Part shown: piece by piece, positions 1-11,100 of the stretch
Layout: each line of letters begins with the position of its first letter
Numbering within the stretch: the first letter of the stretch is position 1
Assembly: GCA_033442325.1 (NCBI GenBank)
Contig: JAWQFM010000022.1
Coordinates: 1,110,820-1,149,448 of the forward strand
Reading direction: 5' to 3'
Source of the DNA: Salpingoeca rosetta
Taxonomy: Eukaryota > Protista > Choanoflagellata
Length of the DNA stretch: 38,629 nt
Translations under genes and position numbers: made by a program
Notes under the pieces: model-generated
What the model was told of the DNA's origin: nothing
The model's input: the letters and a program-made list of their open reading frames with translations, nothing else
The model's database searches: none

Positions 1-128
1 GCACACACACACGCACGCACACACACACGCACGCACACACGCACGCACGCGCGCACACACACACACACACACACGCACACACACACACACACACATACAC
101 ACACACACACACATGGTCACCACTGCAG

Positions 129-225
129 GGAGCGACGCACCATCGGTTCTTCTGGATCGACATGCTGACGGGAGAGGTGTGCTGGGCAAAGTCGCCCGAA
201 GCATTCTACAAGAACCCAAAGTCAG
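129..225 (+). CDS. Isolated internal exon of a plus-strand gene; PH-domain-like fragment
   Basis: (CA)n tract then ...ctgcag| acceptor at 128 and |gtacgg donor at 226. Translates GATHHRFFWIDMLTGEVCWAKSPEAFYKNPKS, resembling the 'RFFW....LxW' beta strands of PH domains (Num1/Mcp5 or PLC type). No downstream partner exon found. Confidence 0.45.
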
Positions 226-302
226 GTACGGCTCACAACCGTGGTGAAGATGTTGAAGATGGATGCTGGCACAGCGCTTTCCTTGACCATCCGTTCTTAC
301 AT

Positions 303-405
<103 letters not shown>

Positions 406-497
406 TACACCGGCACATACACCTACATACACAAACACCTACACAGAGACATACACAGGCACACACAGACACGGACGCACACATGTATTCCTCGTAC

Positions 498-1337
498 CGC
501 GTCGAGCATGGCTGCGTGCTGCCTGAAGAATGTTCTCCACAGCACTTTGAAGAGCGCTGTGCCAACAAAGAAGCTCACAAACCCAGACAGCGTCGTCGTC
601 AGCGTCGCAAACAGCATCGGGTCCAAACCCCTGTCTCCACAAAAAGATACAACAGCGGGACATGCGCTGATGGTGAGCTCGTGGGCTGCAGTAAAGAATT
701 AAGCCCAGATCACACGACACACACACACACACACATGCACACATACACACATGGACGAACAGCGAGTTGACACCAAAGTCGCCACGTGCAACAACAGCAA
801 GCGGTCGGAATGAAAAGAAAAGGCAAGCGCAACAAAGCACCATTGAGATTGTGGTTCCCCCCCCCACACACACACACATTTCCTGCCAACTGACATGATG
901 GGCTCGACTTGTTCTGCAGTCTCTGGCATAAGGTTGGGAATTTGTGTTGCGCAGACGTAGGCGGAGCCAACGATGCCTGTGAAGAAGCAAGGGACGCCAA
1001 AGAGGTAGCCGCGAATGCTGAGCTTGCGGCGGAGTTTGACATAGTCGTTGAACGGCAGCTGACGCAGCAGCGAGCGATCAACGTTGCGCGCCTGAAGTGC
1101 CTCAATCTCCCGTTGCCTCTACACGACGTATCAGCGCACACACGTATAAGGTTTAAGGTGAACGAATGCGATGATGTGAGCGTCAAGCTTGCACGCAAAC
1201 TGTGCGTGTACATGCACTAACACACCCTAACGCAAACATGCGTACATGAATGCACTCCGATGCAAGCAGAAGCAAGCGTAGACACACACACACACCCACA
1301 TACACACACCACAAACACCCACCCACTCACACCCACC

Positions 1338-1372
<35 letters not shown>

Positions 1373-1661
1373 CACAAACACATACACACACACGCACACA
1401 CGCACGCACGCACACACACACACACACACATACACACCACAAACACCCACACGCAAGCACACATACACACACCTTCTTTTCTTCCTCATCGACAGTGTCT
1501 GTCGCCATGTGTCGGGTCATAGAGGAGCCAATGCAGGCGTGCACGGGCATGGGTGTCCGCCTTGCAGCCAGTGCAAGAACACTCTGCTGCCCCTGTGCTG
1601 CCATCATCGTTCCACAGCATCGCGCAGTGCTGCGCCTCAACACGCCGCCAAGCAACATCAT
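498..1661 (-). CDS. PAM17: PAM17-like mitochondrial import motor subunit (3 exons found; C-terminus absent from window)
   Basis: Exons 1661-1473, 1118-895, 630-498, GT-AG and phase-consistent. Exon 1 is an Arg/Ser/Ala-rich presequence ([14 protein letters not shown]...). Then [13 protein letters not shown], a hydrophobic segment, EPIM|GLDPM and a second hydrophobic segment, matching the Pam17 pattern 'LxWxxFFxLR...PIMGLDP'. The family C-terminal 'PDYYGE' region is not seen. Confidence 0.72.
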
Positions 1662-1745
1662 CGTGTGCTTCTTGCTTGCTGTTCAGTTCTCCTGGATGGG
1701 ATTGTGGAAAATTACACCAAATCATACTTCAATTTTCCAACACTG

Positions 1746-1891
<146 letters not shown>

Positions 1892-2179
1892 TGTGGGTGA
1901 ATCCCCTCCCCCATCCCGTCCCGTACACATGGCGCTTGTTCAAAAGACGGGGTGAGGTGGTTTACCGTGTGAGCACGACAGTGTAACGTGTACCCCCTCC
2001 CCGCTTTTGAGAAGAGAGGAAGAGAGCTGGATGGCTAACTGCAGGAGAACAGGCAAGACAATTAAGGAAGGCGCACAGAACGGTTGAGAATCAAGTCACA
2101 GCGTCCATTTGCTGGTGTTGCTGGCTGGCGTTGATTAAAACGGGCAAGCTGCCGCCTTGATGAGAACAGTTGTACACTT

Positions 2180-4091
2180 TTACTTCCTGTGGTGTGGTGT
2201 GATGTGGGTGCACAGACGTCTGAGTTGGAAAACATGTGCATGCGAGTACGATGATGACCAAACAAGCAAAGGCGAGCAAAGGCGAGCAAAGGCGAGCAAA
2301 CACCACTGACCTGTGGCTGCGGTTCCTATCTTGCTGGCGGTAGTGCTGTTGCTGGTGCTGCTGTGGGGCGTATGGTGGCTGGCCTGGGATGAGCGGGGGT
2401 TTCGATGCTGCTGGCGATGACGAGGGCGGCATTGCGTACTGGGCAGGCATTGGCCACCCCATCATGCCCGGCGCCATCATCGGCGGTGCCACGTGCATGC
2501 CGTGCGGGCTGGACGGCTGCTGGATGGGCGACGCGGGCTGCATCGGGTGGTACCCGGCGTGCATCGGGTGCGGTGGCGGCGAGTGGTGCTGGGGCGGTGA
2601 GGACGGCACGGGGGCTCCCATCATCGGCGGCGGCACACCTTGCATCATCGACCACACCCCGTTCCCATCCTGGTGATGCAAGGCGCAGGCAGCCACACAC
2701 ATGCACACACACACATGCACACAAGATTAGGACATGGGCACAAAGTAAACTGATGCAAAGCCGCCAGCACAACAGTGTCAAACCAACAGTGTCAACTCAA
2801 CCTCCCCTCTATCTGTATCAGCGCCATTAAAAACGACGACCACCACCGACCTGAGGCATCTGCATTGGCTGCTGGCCCATCATCCACGGCTGCTGCGGCT
2901 GATGTTGCTGTTGATGTTGTGGCTGGTGGTGTTGGTGTTGGTGTTGGTGCTGGGGCGCGGTGAACTGCTGTGGCGGTTGATGCACCCCATAGGTCGGCGC
3001 CACTTGGGGCGAGGACATGTTACCACCACCACCGCCACCACCACCATACGCATACGTCTGTTGTGGCGGCAGTGGCGACTGCTGCTGTTGCTGCTGGTGC
3101 TGCGGCGGCATGTATGGCATTGGCTGCTGGTGCTGGTGCTGGTGCGAATAGAAGCGTTGCTGCCCCCGTTGGTGGTGCTGGTGGTGTGGCTGGTGGTGCT
3201 GGTGCTGTTGCAGTCTGGTCATGTGCATGGCGGTCATGTGCGTCTGCATCATCGCCGCGTACATCTGCTGCTGCGCCATGCGCTGCTGGGGTGTGAGGTC
3301 CCGATCATCCATACCGCCACCACCACTGCTGCTGCTGCCACCGCGGTGCCGGCCACCGACGGGCTGGTGTCGATGTCGCCCTCGCCGCACTCTGCCGTCT
3401 CCGCCCCCCGACGAAGATGCTGACAGCGACGGTGGCACAGGTGCAGGCGCGCTCCCCACCTCCAACTGCTGTTGGTGTTGCTGTTGATGGTGTTGGTGGT
3501 GGGTAGTGGGTGCGGCATTTGGTGCTGGTGCAGGGGCGTCGATGATGTCGTCATTCTCGTCGTCATCATCGCCGTCGCGGAAGATGCGCGCACGTGCACG
3601 CTGGTACTCGTCCTCCTTCTCGCTCAGCGTCCTGGCAGCCATGCACAGACACAGCACAGAGGCAGGCAGTGCAGGTTGGAGTCATGTGAGCGCCGTCTTG
3701 GTGGGTTAGCACATGTGTGTATGTGTGCATGTGTGCATGTGTGTATGTGTGTATGTGTGTATGTGTGCGCGTGTGTGTGTATGCGCGTGTGTGCAATACG
3801 GCGGCAAACCATAAAAGAGCGTGTGGTGCCTACCGTTGGCGTCCTGTTGCGCCATCATCGCTCCCTTCCGCTGCCGCGTCATCCTCCTTCTCACCAGCGC
3901 CATTCGGTCCATCTCCCGCCACCTTGGCTCCGTCCTTTGCGTCCCCGTTGCCGGCTGCCCGCTGCGCCCGTGCCGCGCGCGTGTGTTTGCGGCCCTTTGC
4001 GTTTGCCGGCCGCTTCATCAGCACAAACGATCCCTCCGCAGCCTGCAAGGGAGGGGTGTGTGCGATGGCATGAGACAGAGCGGGGAAGTAA

Positions 4092-4148
<57 letters not shown>

Positions 4149-6665
4149 TGTGTGTGTGTGTGTGTGTGTCTGTGAGTGAGTGAGTGTGTGCGTGTGTGCG
4201 TGAAGTTCAGGACGATTCAATTCAACGCTTGGATCACAATGGGACATGCAGACCAGCAGGAGGACATGTGCTGACCTCGTTTGTTTCGTCTTGTTCGGCC
4301 AGCAGCTCGTCGATTCGGGGCGACCAGACAGACACGCCACTGAGGCCAAGACAAGCGCGCGAGAAGGCGTTCGTGGTGGCGGGGCGTGTGAAAGGCGGCA
4401 GTGCTTGACAACAACGAGGACAAGGATAACAAGAATAACAAACAGCAGTGGAGAGTCGAGTATGTGCGGTGAACGTGCTTACGCGACTTTTGTGTAGACC
4501 ACGCGTTGGCCGCCCATATCCACCGAGTGGTCGAGGCCAAACAGATCCGCCATCTGCACCACATGGAGCATCAAGGGGGGGGGGGCGGTGTCAGAGGGAG
4601 TGTTTGTCTTGTGGCACGAGAGCGTGCGCAGCAACCATGGACATGCACATAAAGATACAGACAGACACACACACACGCGCACAGACACACACACACGCAC
4701 GCACAGACACACACACACACGCACGCACAGACACACACACATACACGCGCGCGCGCGCACACACACACACACAGGCACATGAACACGGCCCACCTTGTGG
4801 CAAATCATGCGGTGATACGACGACATTTCTCCGAGCACGAGCTGTACGCCGTCAAGGTGGCGTGCAAGGGCACGTGAGCGATGCGTTGGGGTGGCGAGTT
4901 GTGTGTTTGTGTATGCAAACGCATGTATGTGTGCATGTGTGCGATTGCATATTTGCGTGTGTGGCAGTGTAACAAGGAAAGAGCATGGCTGCTTGTGAGG
5001 AGATCAGTTAGAGCTAATAGAAATCGCTCACGGAAGCGAACACCATTGTGCCGCATCACGATAAACGTGGTAATGTATAACTCTCATCACATCTCCGTCA
5101 CCAGCCACAATATTGCCAAAGGCAGCAAAGAGAGATGGGACAGCATGGAAAACGAATAAAAGCGCAAAGGAAGAGAACGACTGTGCAAGAAAGAACATGG
5201 AGGATCAGTTAGAGCTAATAATGATCGCTCACGGAAGCGAACAACAGTGTGCCGCATCACGATAAACGTGGTAATATATAACTCTCATCACATCCTCGGC
5301 AAAGACAATGAAAAGAGACGAACGAGAGAGAGAGAGAGAAGGGAGCAAGAAACGCTATCAACGTACAACACTGACAATGCGCAAAGCGCTGTGCTATGGA
5401 GGATCAGTTAGAGCTAATAATGATCGCTCACGGAAGCGAACAACAGTGTGCCGCATCACGATAAACGTGGTAATGTATAACTCTCATCACATCCTCGGCA
5501 AAGACAATGAAAAGAGACGAACGAGAGAGAGAGAGAGAGAGAAGGGAGCAAGAAACGCTATCAACGAACGATACTAGCAGCGCGCAAAAGCGCTGTGCTA
5601 TGGAGGATCAGTTAGAGCTAATAATGATCGCTCACGGAAGCGAACACCATTGTGCCGCATCACGATAAACGTGGTAATGTATAACTCTCATCACATCCTC
5701 GGCAAAGACAATGAAAAGAGACGAACGAGAGAGAGAGAGAGAGAGAAGGGAGCAAGAAACGCTATCAACGAACGATACTAGCAGCGCGCAAAAGCGCTGT
5801 GCTATGGAGGATCAGTTAGAGCTAATAATGATCGCTCACGGAAGCGAACAACAGTGTGCCGCATCACGATAAACGTGGTAATATGTAACTCTCATCACAT
5901 CCTCAGCAAACGCATTGCTCTAAGGCAGGCAGGACTTGGGAAGGGAAGAGCAAAGCGCCGGTGTTGCTTGAGTGTGTGCGCGATACTTGAAACGTGGCAA
6001 AACAGGACAACCAGCGACAACGTATACCTGTCTGACGGGGGCGTGGATGAACTTGTGAAGCTTGTCGCGCACATCCATAATCATTTGGCGATCCCTGCGC
6101 ATGGTGTGTGGCGTTGCAAGATGCAAGTGGGACCAAGGTGTAGCAAGTTGGTGAGGGCAGTAGTACTATGAGAATGGAGCAAGGGAAGGTGCTTCACATG
6201 TGTGTGTGTGTATGCACACATGCATCGCGTACATGCGAGCATGCACAAGATACTTACTGAACGCGCTTGTTGAGCGCGGTTCTCACTGCCTCCTCTGCAT
6301 CACGAACGGCTGCCGCCCGGTCCTCGGCGCTGACTGTACACGTGGCATGTGCATTCGGCCATGCGTGCATGCGACAGGTAACAACGGATGGTGAGGACGA
6401 TGGCGAGCACGACGACGACAATAACGACCCGCACCACAAGGCAGCAACAATTGGACCACTGTTTACGCACGCACGCGCATGCACACATGTATGTGGACAT
6501 ACGTGTTGGTTGAGGGTCTGGGTTGGGAAGCAAGGGTGCCTTTGGCGCGAGCTGCTCCTCTTGTTGATGTTGCTGCTGCTGTGGTTGTTGTGGTTGTTGT
6601 GGTTGTTGTTGTTGTGGTTGTTGCTGTTGTAGTTGCTGCTGCTCGTCCTTGTCAGTGAGTGTCAT
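2180..6665 (-). CDS. R3H + SUZ domain RNA-binding protein (R3HDM/ARPP21/encore-like) with Q/P/H/M-rich C-terminus; snoRNA host gene
   Basis: Exons 6665-6503, 6333-6258, 6094-6028, 4841-4794, 4553-4483, 4339-4276, 4042-3834, 3631-2851, 2669-2311 and a tentative last exon 2186-2180; phases consistent. R3H: [16 protein letters not shown]...[20 protein letters not shown] (RxxxH). SUZ: [18 protein letters not shown]. The 3' end is uncertain (an unspliced form would stop at 2827). Confidence 0.85.
4999..5096 (-). ncRNA. SNORD44: Box C/D snoRNA, U44-like, copy 1 (most diverged; terminal stem GGAGAU/AUCUCC)
   Basis: Minus strand: terminal stem, box C GUGAUGA, element AUUACCACGUUUAUC, guide UAUUAGCUCUA then A and box D CUGA. 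The guide is complementary to conserved 18S UAGAGCUAAUA. The D+5 rule gives the A equivalent to human Am166, and human U44 has the same AUUAGCUCUAACUGA. Confidence 0.88.
5200..5297 (-). ncRNA. SNORD44: Box C/D snoRNA, U44-like, copy 2
   Basis: Stem GAGGAU/AUCCUC, box C GUGAUGA, box D CUGA, same two 18S-antisense elements. Confidence 0.88.
5399..5496 (-). ncRNA. SNORD44: Box C/D snoRNA, U44-like, copy 3
   Basis: Same stem, boxes and guides as copy 2. Confidence 0.88.
5603..5700 (-). ncRNA. SNORD44: Box C/D snoRNA, U44-like, copy 4
   Basis: Same stem, boxes and guides as copy 2; shares the internal CACCATT variant (plus strand) with copy 1. Confidence 0.88.
5807..5904 (-). ncRNA. SNORD44: Box C/D snoRNA, U44-like, copy 5
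   Basis: Same stem, boxes and guides as copy 2. Confidence 0.88.
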
Positions 6666-7453
6666 GCGCTGCAAGGGTTTCAGCAGCTTTGGCGAACTGC
6701 ACGTGCACGCATAGCAAAGGGGAACCCGCGTTATCAAACAACATGCACGCGACAGCGGACAGGTGAGGCGCAGCAACAGCCACACAACAGCCAAGTGAGC
6801 CGAGTGCAGCAAAACAAGGAAGCAAGCAGGCATGGAGGTGTGGGGTCCAGCACCCACCCACAGCCGACACACCACAACACCACCACCCACCAGTCGTCTG
6901 CCATCGTGTGCGTGCGTGTGTTGGTCAAGAAGAAAATTAGCGACAATCTTTCAACAATCGTCCACAGGACGAATGGACCAGCAAACGATCAAGGCAGGCA
7001 AGCACGACTGCGTGTGCGGCTCACATCACACGCCTCTCTCTCCCCAGGTTATCGTTCGTTCTCATTCATTCATTGCTTCTCAAAGTCTCAGTGTGTCTAT
7101 GTCAACCTGTCTTATGAGCGTGTTGCACGAGTCCACCAATCAATACACACAACCAACACCAGAGGAAGGAGGGAATAGCAGACGACATTGCATCCGCTCG
7201 CCTCCAAGTTTCACGCAAACAACACACAGACAAGACTGACACAGACACGGCTAAGTCGAGTTTGCCTTTGACAAGGGCAAGGTCACTGCTGTGGGTAGGT
7301 AGGTATTGGGCACAAACGGAACACAAAGAAGAAGAGGCGAAAACCACGGAGGGAAAGTCAACCACAACAGTGGCGGAAACACCACAACCACAAACGACGG
7401 AATTAACTATGTATGTGCATGTGCGTGTCAGCATGTTCATGGATCGCCTGCAA

Positions 7454-8080
7454 TTAGTCCTCGTCCCAGTTGGGGTTCTGCTTGGGGGGCTTGGGGCCAC
7501 CTGCCTTCTTCGCCATAATAATCTGTGTTTCAAGGAAAGAGAGAGAGAGAGAGGGGGGGGGGGGGAGGGAGTGGGTTTAGTGTCAACGAAACGAAGGAGT
7601 ACGACACGACACAGCACCAATTGAGACAGGGACAGGTAAAGCAAGCACAAACCGACACAAACACACAAACACACACACACCTGGTCCACGCGGAGGATGG
7701 TCTTGGCGGCGCGAGTGGCGTACTTGAGAGCCCAGACCTTGGCATGGAAGCTGTCATACACACCGGCCTCATTCATGTCTGCGACGGCCACGTCCTCGGA
7801 CAGGATGTCGTAACCGGCGTTCTTCTCGCCGTTCTCGTGCGCTGCATACAGGTTGGACACAACCTCCCGCGACTTGACACCGCAGTTCTCAGCAAGCGTC
7901 GCCGGAACAACCTCCAGCGCCTCTGCATACGACTTGATGGCATACTGCTCCAGGCCTGTACAAGGACGTGCAACAGCATAACGTGGAGTGGAACAGTGAG
8001 CGCAAAGCAGACCGACAGTGTGTGTGTGTGTATGCAGGGGAAAAGAGAGGATGGAATGCGGGTTGAAAGACCGCCGAGGG

Positions 8081-8167
<87 letters not shown>

Positions 8168-11100
8168 TGTGTGTGTGTGTGTGAGTGAGAGAAAAGGGTT
8201 GAGTGTAACTGCCGGCTTACACATGGGAGCGCACAGAAGCAAGGCGACCATGTCCGATTAAAAGGCAGACCCAACCAAATGGTTGATATCACTGTCAATG
8301 ATGTACATAAAACGAGCAACAGGGTGGGGTACCAAAAGCCCTGCTGCCCGTTCCCTTTGACAGTTTCAAGAACGAGAAGGGTGAAGGAGGAGGACGACGA
8401 ACAGGAGGCGGAGGAGGAGGAGAGGAGGAAGTTGTGGCAAGTCGAGCGAAAGTAGTGCGAAAAAGGAGGAGGAAGTGGTGGCAAGTCGAGCGAAAGTAGT
8501 GCGAAAGGAGAGGAGAACAAGACAAGGAATCGGAATCGGTGGAAGGAGACCATATGGGCAAAGCACGAAGGAACAAAAGCGAAAAAGACACTCGCCAAAC
8601 ACACAACATCATAGACACATACAGGCAAACGCACGCTACACACTGACCAGAGCATGTGTCGCCAAACTTGGTGATGAGACGAGCGAGCTCAATCTCGGTG
8701 GCACCGCCACCGGGGAGGAAGCGCTGCTCCTTGGTCAGCGACTTGTAGGCGTTGATACCGTCGTCCAACGCACGCTCAACATCATCCATCACGTTGCCTG
8801 AAGAGGTGGACAAGCACATTCACATTCACACGCACACACACACACGAATAAGCAGCCGTAGCAGCAGTAGCACCAAGTGTGAGCACAACACAAGAACGCA
8901 CACACAAGGCAAGGTATTCGAGAGTCAGCCGGGACGTGTTGGTGGAGGGGAACAGCAACCAGACACAAGGACAAGCCAAGGAAGGAGAAGAAGAAAGGGT
9001 GATATGGACTGTAGGACTGAAGCAAGCGAGGGAGCTGGAAACGGAGAGTCCAAAAACAAACAAACAAACAAACAAACAAACGGACAGGCGAGTGACGCAA
9101 CCACGAACCGCTCGAAACTTGATCCCACAACCACAACCATCACAACGAACAACCACATCAACGGGAAAATGAAGGGTTGTTCGCGGCAAGGTGGACAGCA
9201 GCAGGCACGTAACGGGAACGCAGGGGAGCGGGACAGGGCACGCACGCAAGAACCCAAGAATCACACAGTGTACAGCCATGACGGGTGAGCAGCACAGAGC
9301 AGGTGTATCAACAAACAGACAGACGGGCTATCAAACGAGAGGGGAGCGAGGCAAGGAGGAAGAAGCGTGGAAAGTGAAACAGAAGTGTCTCACGAAGAAA
9401 ACACGAACATAGAATCAACAAACGAGGGGATCGATCAAAGACCGTTGGTCACACGTTTGACCGCTTGGTCGCACATTTGTTAGGGTTGAAGTCTTACTTG
9501 TTGCGCCACGCACGATGATGGTGGAAACAGCGCTGTTGATATCGGCTTGCCTGAACACGGTCACAGTTGTGTCGCCAATCTGTAACAGAAAGGTACACAT
9601 GGGCGACATGTGGCGTGGTGAGTGAGGAAGAGGGGGAGGGAGAGATTGTGGTGCACGAAGTATGGTCGGGAACGGTGTATCGAGGAAGAGTGGTAGCGGG
9701 GGTTACAACGTCGAGAGAAAGCCACGTTCAGTTCAAAGAAGCACACAGGTTCTTATTCCCACCAAGCACCGCAGGAAGCACGCACCTCCTGCACGGAGAC
9801 GGAGTGGCAGTGGCCGAGCTCCTGCGAGCTGGGGCCGGTGAGGACGGGAAGCGCGGTGGCACCGGTTGCCCGGCACAGCCGCTTGAGGTCAAACTTGGAG
9901 TTGAGCTTGACAACGAGCAGCTCAAACCGGTTGCAGAAGTGCATGCCGAGGTCGCCAACCTTGCCCGTGGTCACAATCACAGACGCACCGCTGTCCTTGA
10001 TGGCCTTGATCTTCTTCTCGAGCACAGACTCCTCGTCCTTGCTGTACGACTTGAGCTCCTCGGCAGTGTTGAGAAGCACAGTGCCCTGCGAAACGGTATG
10101 CGAGGGTGCGAAAGGTAGCATGGTTGAGTTGGGGTTGAGTTGGGCGAGGAGGTGTTGGGGCAGTAGCAACGCAGATGCCCGTGCTTGAGAAGGGAGCACG
10201 CAGTAGCTCAACAACAGCAAGGTAAACAAACGATCAAACAAACAAAAAACAAATAGCGTCGAGGAACACGTCGTGCCGCACATAAGCACCCGAGCTAGGG
10301 GCTGTTGCTGTTGCTCTGCGTTGCTGTCAGGGCACTGGGAAAGGAGCATGGCGCACCTTTGTCTCGGTGTAAGCGTGGTCGAGATCGGCCGTGAACGCGG
10401 CGATGCGTGCGTCCTGTGCAGATGTGATGGAGCTGTGGATGTTGCGGGTGAACACCATGCCGCGAACCACGGAGCTGGAGAAAACGCCGCTGCCGGGGAT
10501 CTTGACAATGCGCACGTTGTCCACGTTGAAGGGTTTCCTCGACTCCTCCTTGGGCATGATGTCCACGCACGCCTGTAGTTACCAACACAATGGAATGAGG
10601 GGAATGAGTGGAAGGGGAAAGGGGGAAAGGGGCACGGTGTCGTGTTCTTGCGTGCATGCGTGCGTGTGTATGTGTGTTCGCGCGCCTCTTGTCTGCCTCC
10701 ACCACCTTCACACCCCTACTTCACGCGCCGCAAGGATCACATGAACACGTACGTCGGTGACGAGCTCTGACAGGAAGTCCTCGAGACCGTTCTGTTTGCT
10801 CATGATGACAGTCTTGATCGCCCGCTTCACTTGCTGTAGATCGGGGAAGGCACGAGGCAAGCAGGGTGCGTGCGTGTGTGTGTGTGTGTGTGTGTGTAAG
10901 TACGGATGGAGCTGGCAAAGGTCGGCAGGGTGAGGCGGTGGAAACAACCACCAACCACCAACACAATCAACGCACACATGCACAAACACAAACACATGCA
11001 CAAACACATACAGCAAGAGCGATCGCAAAGACATGTCGAGTGGAAAACGCACCGCCTTGTCGCGGAAGTCCTCGACTGTGTGGCATGCAAGCTCTGGCAG

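Larger units (their letters stand above)
4999..5904 (-). repeat. Tandem array of five 98-nt snoRNA units, period about 200-204 bp, in intron 4842-6027 of the R3H gene
   Basis: Units start at 4999, 5200, 5399, 5603 and 5807. Spacers 3-4 and 4-5 are near-identical and contain (GA)n; spacer 1-2 is diverged. Confidence 0.95.

Noticed and set aside
4999-5904. CRISPR-like repeat-spacer array
   Set aside because: Units are 98 nt, spacers are themselves repeated, there are no cas genes, and the context is a eukaryotic intron. C/D boxes and rRNA guides explain the array.
4999-5904. rRNA gene fragments (plus-strand TAGAGCTAATA and GATAAACGTGGTAAT)
   Set aside because: The matches are only 11-15 nt, in swapped order, and flanked by C/D boxes on the opposite strand; they are antisense guides.
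7102-8655. 517-aa minus-strand ORF
   Set aside because: CCT8 exon 10 plus flanking intron and UTR sequence read through by chance.
9090-9185. Possible structured RNA in CCT8 intron 8 (GCGAACAACC/GGUUGUUCGU stem)
   Set aside because: No properly placed C/D or H/ACA boxes; it may be a chance stem in GU-rich sequence.
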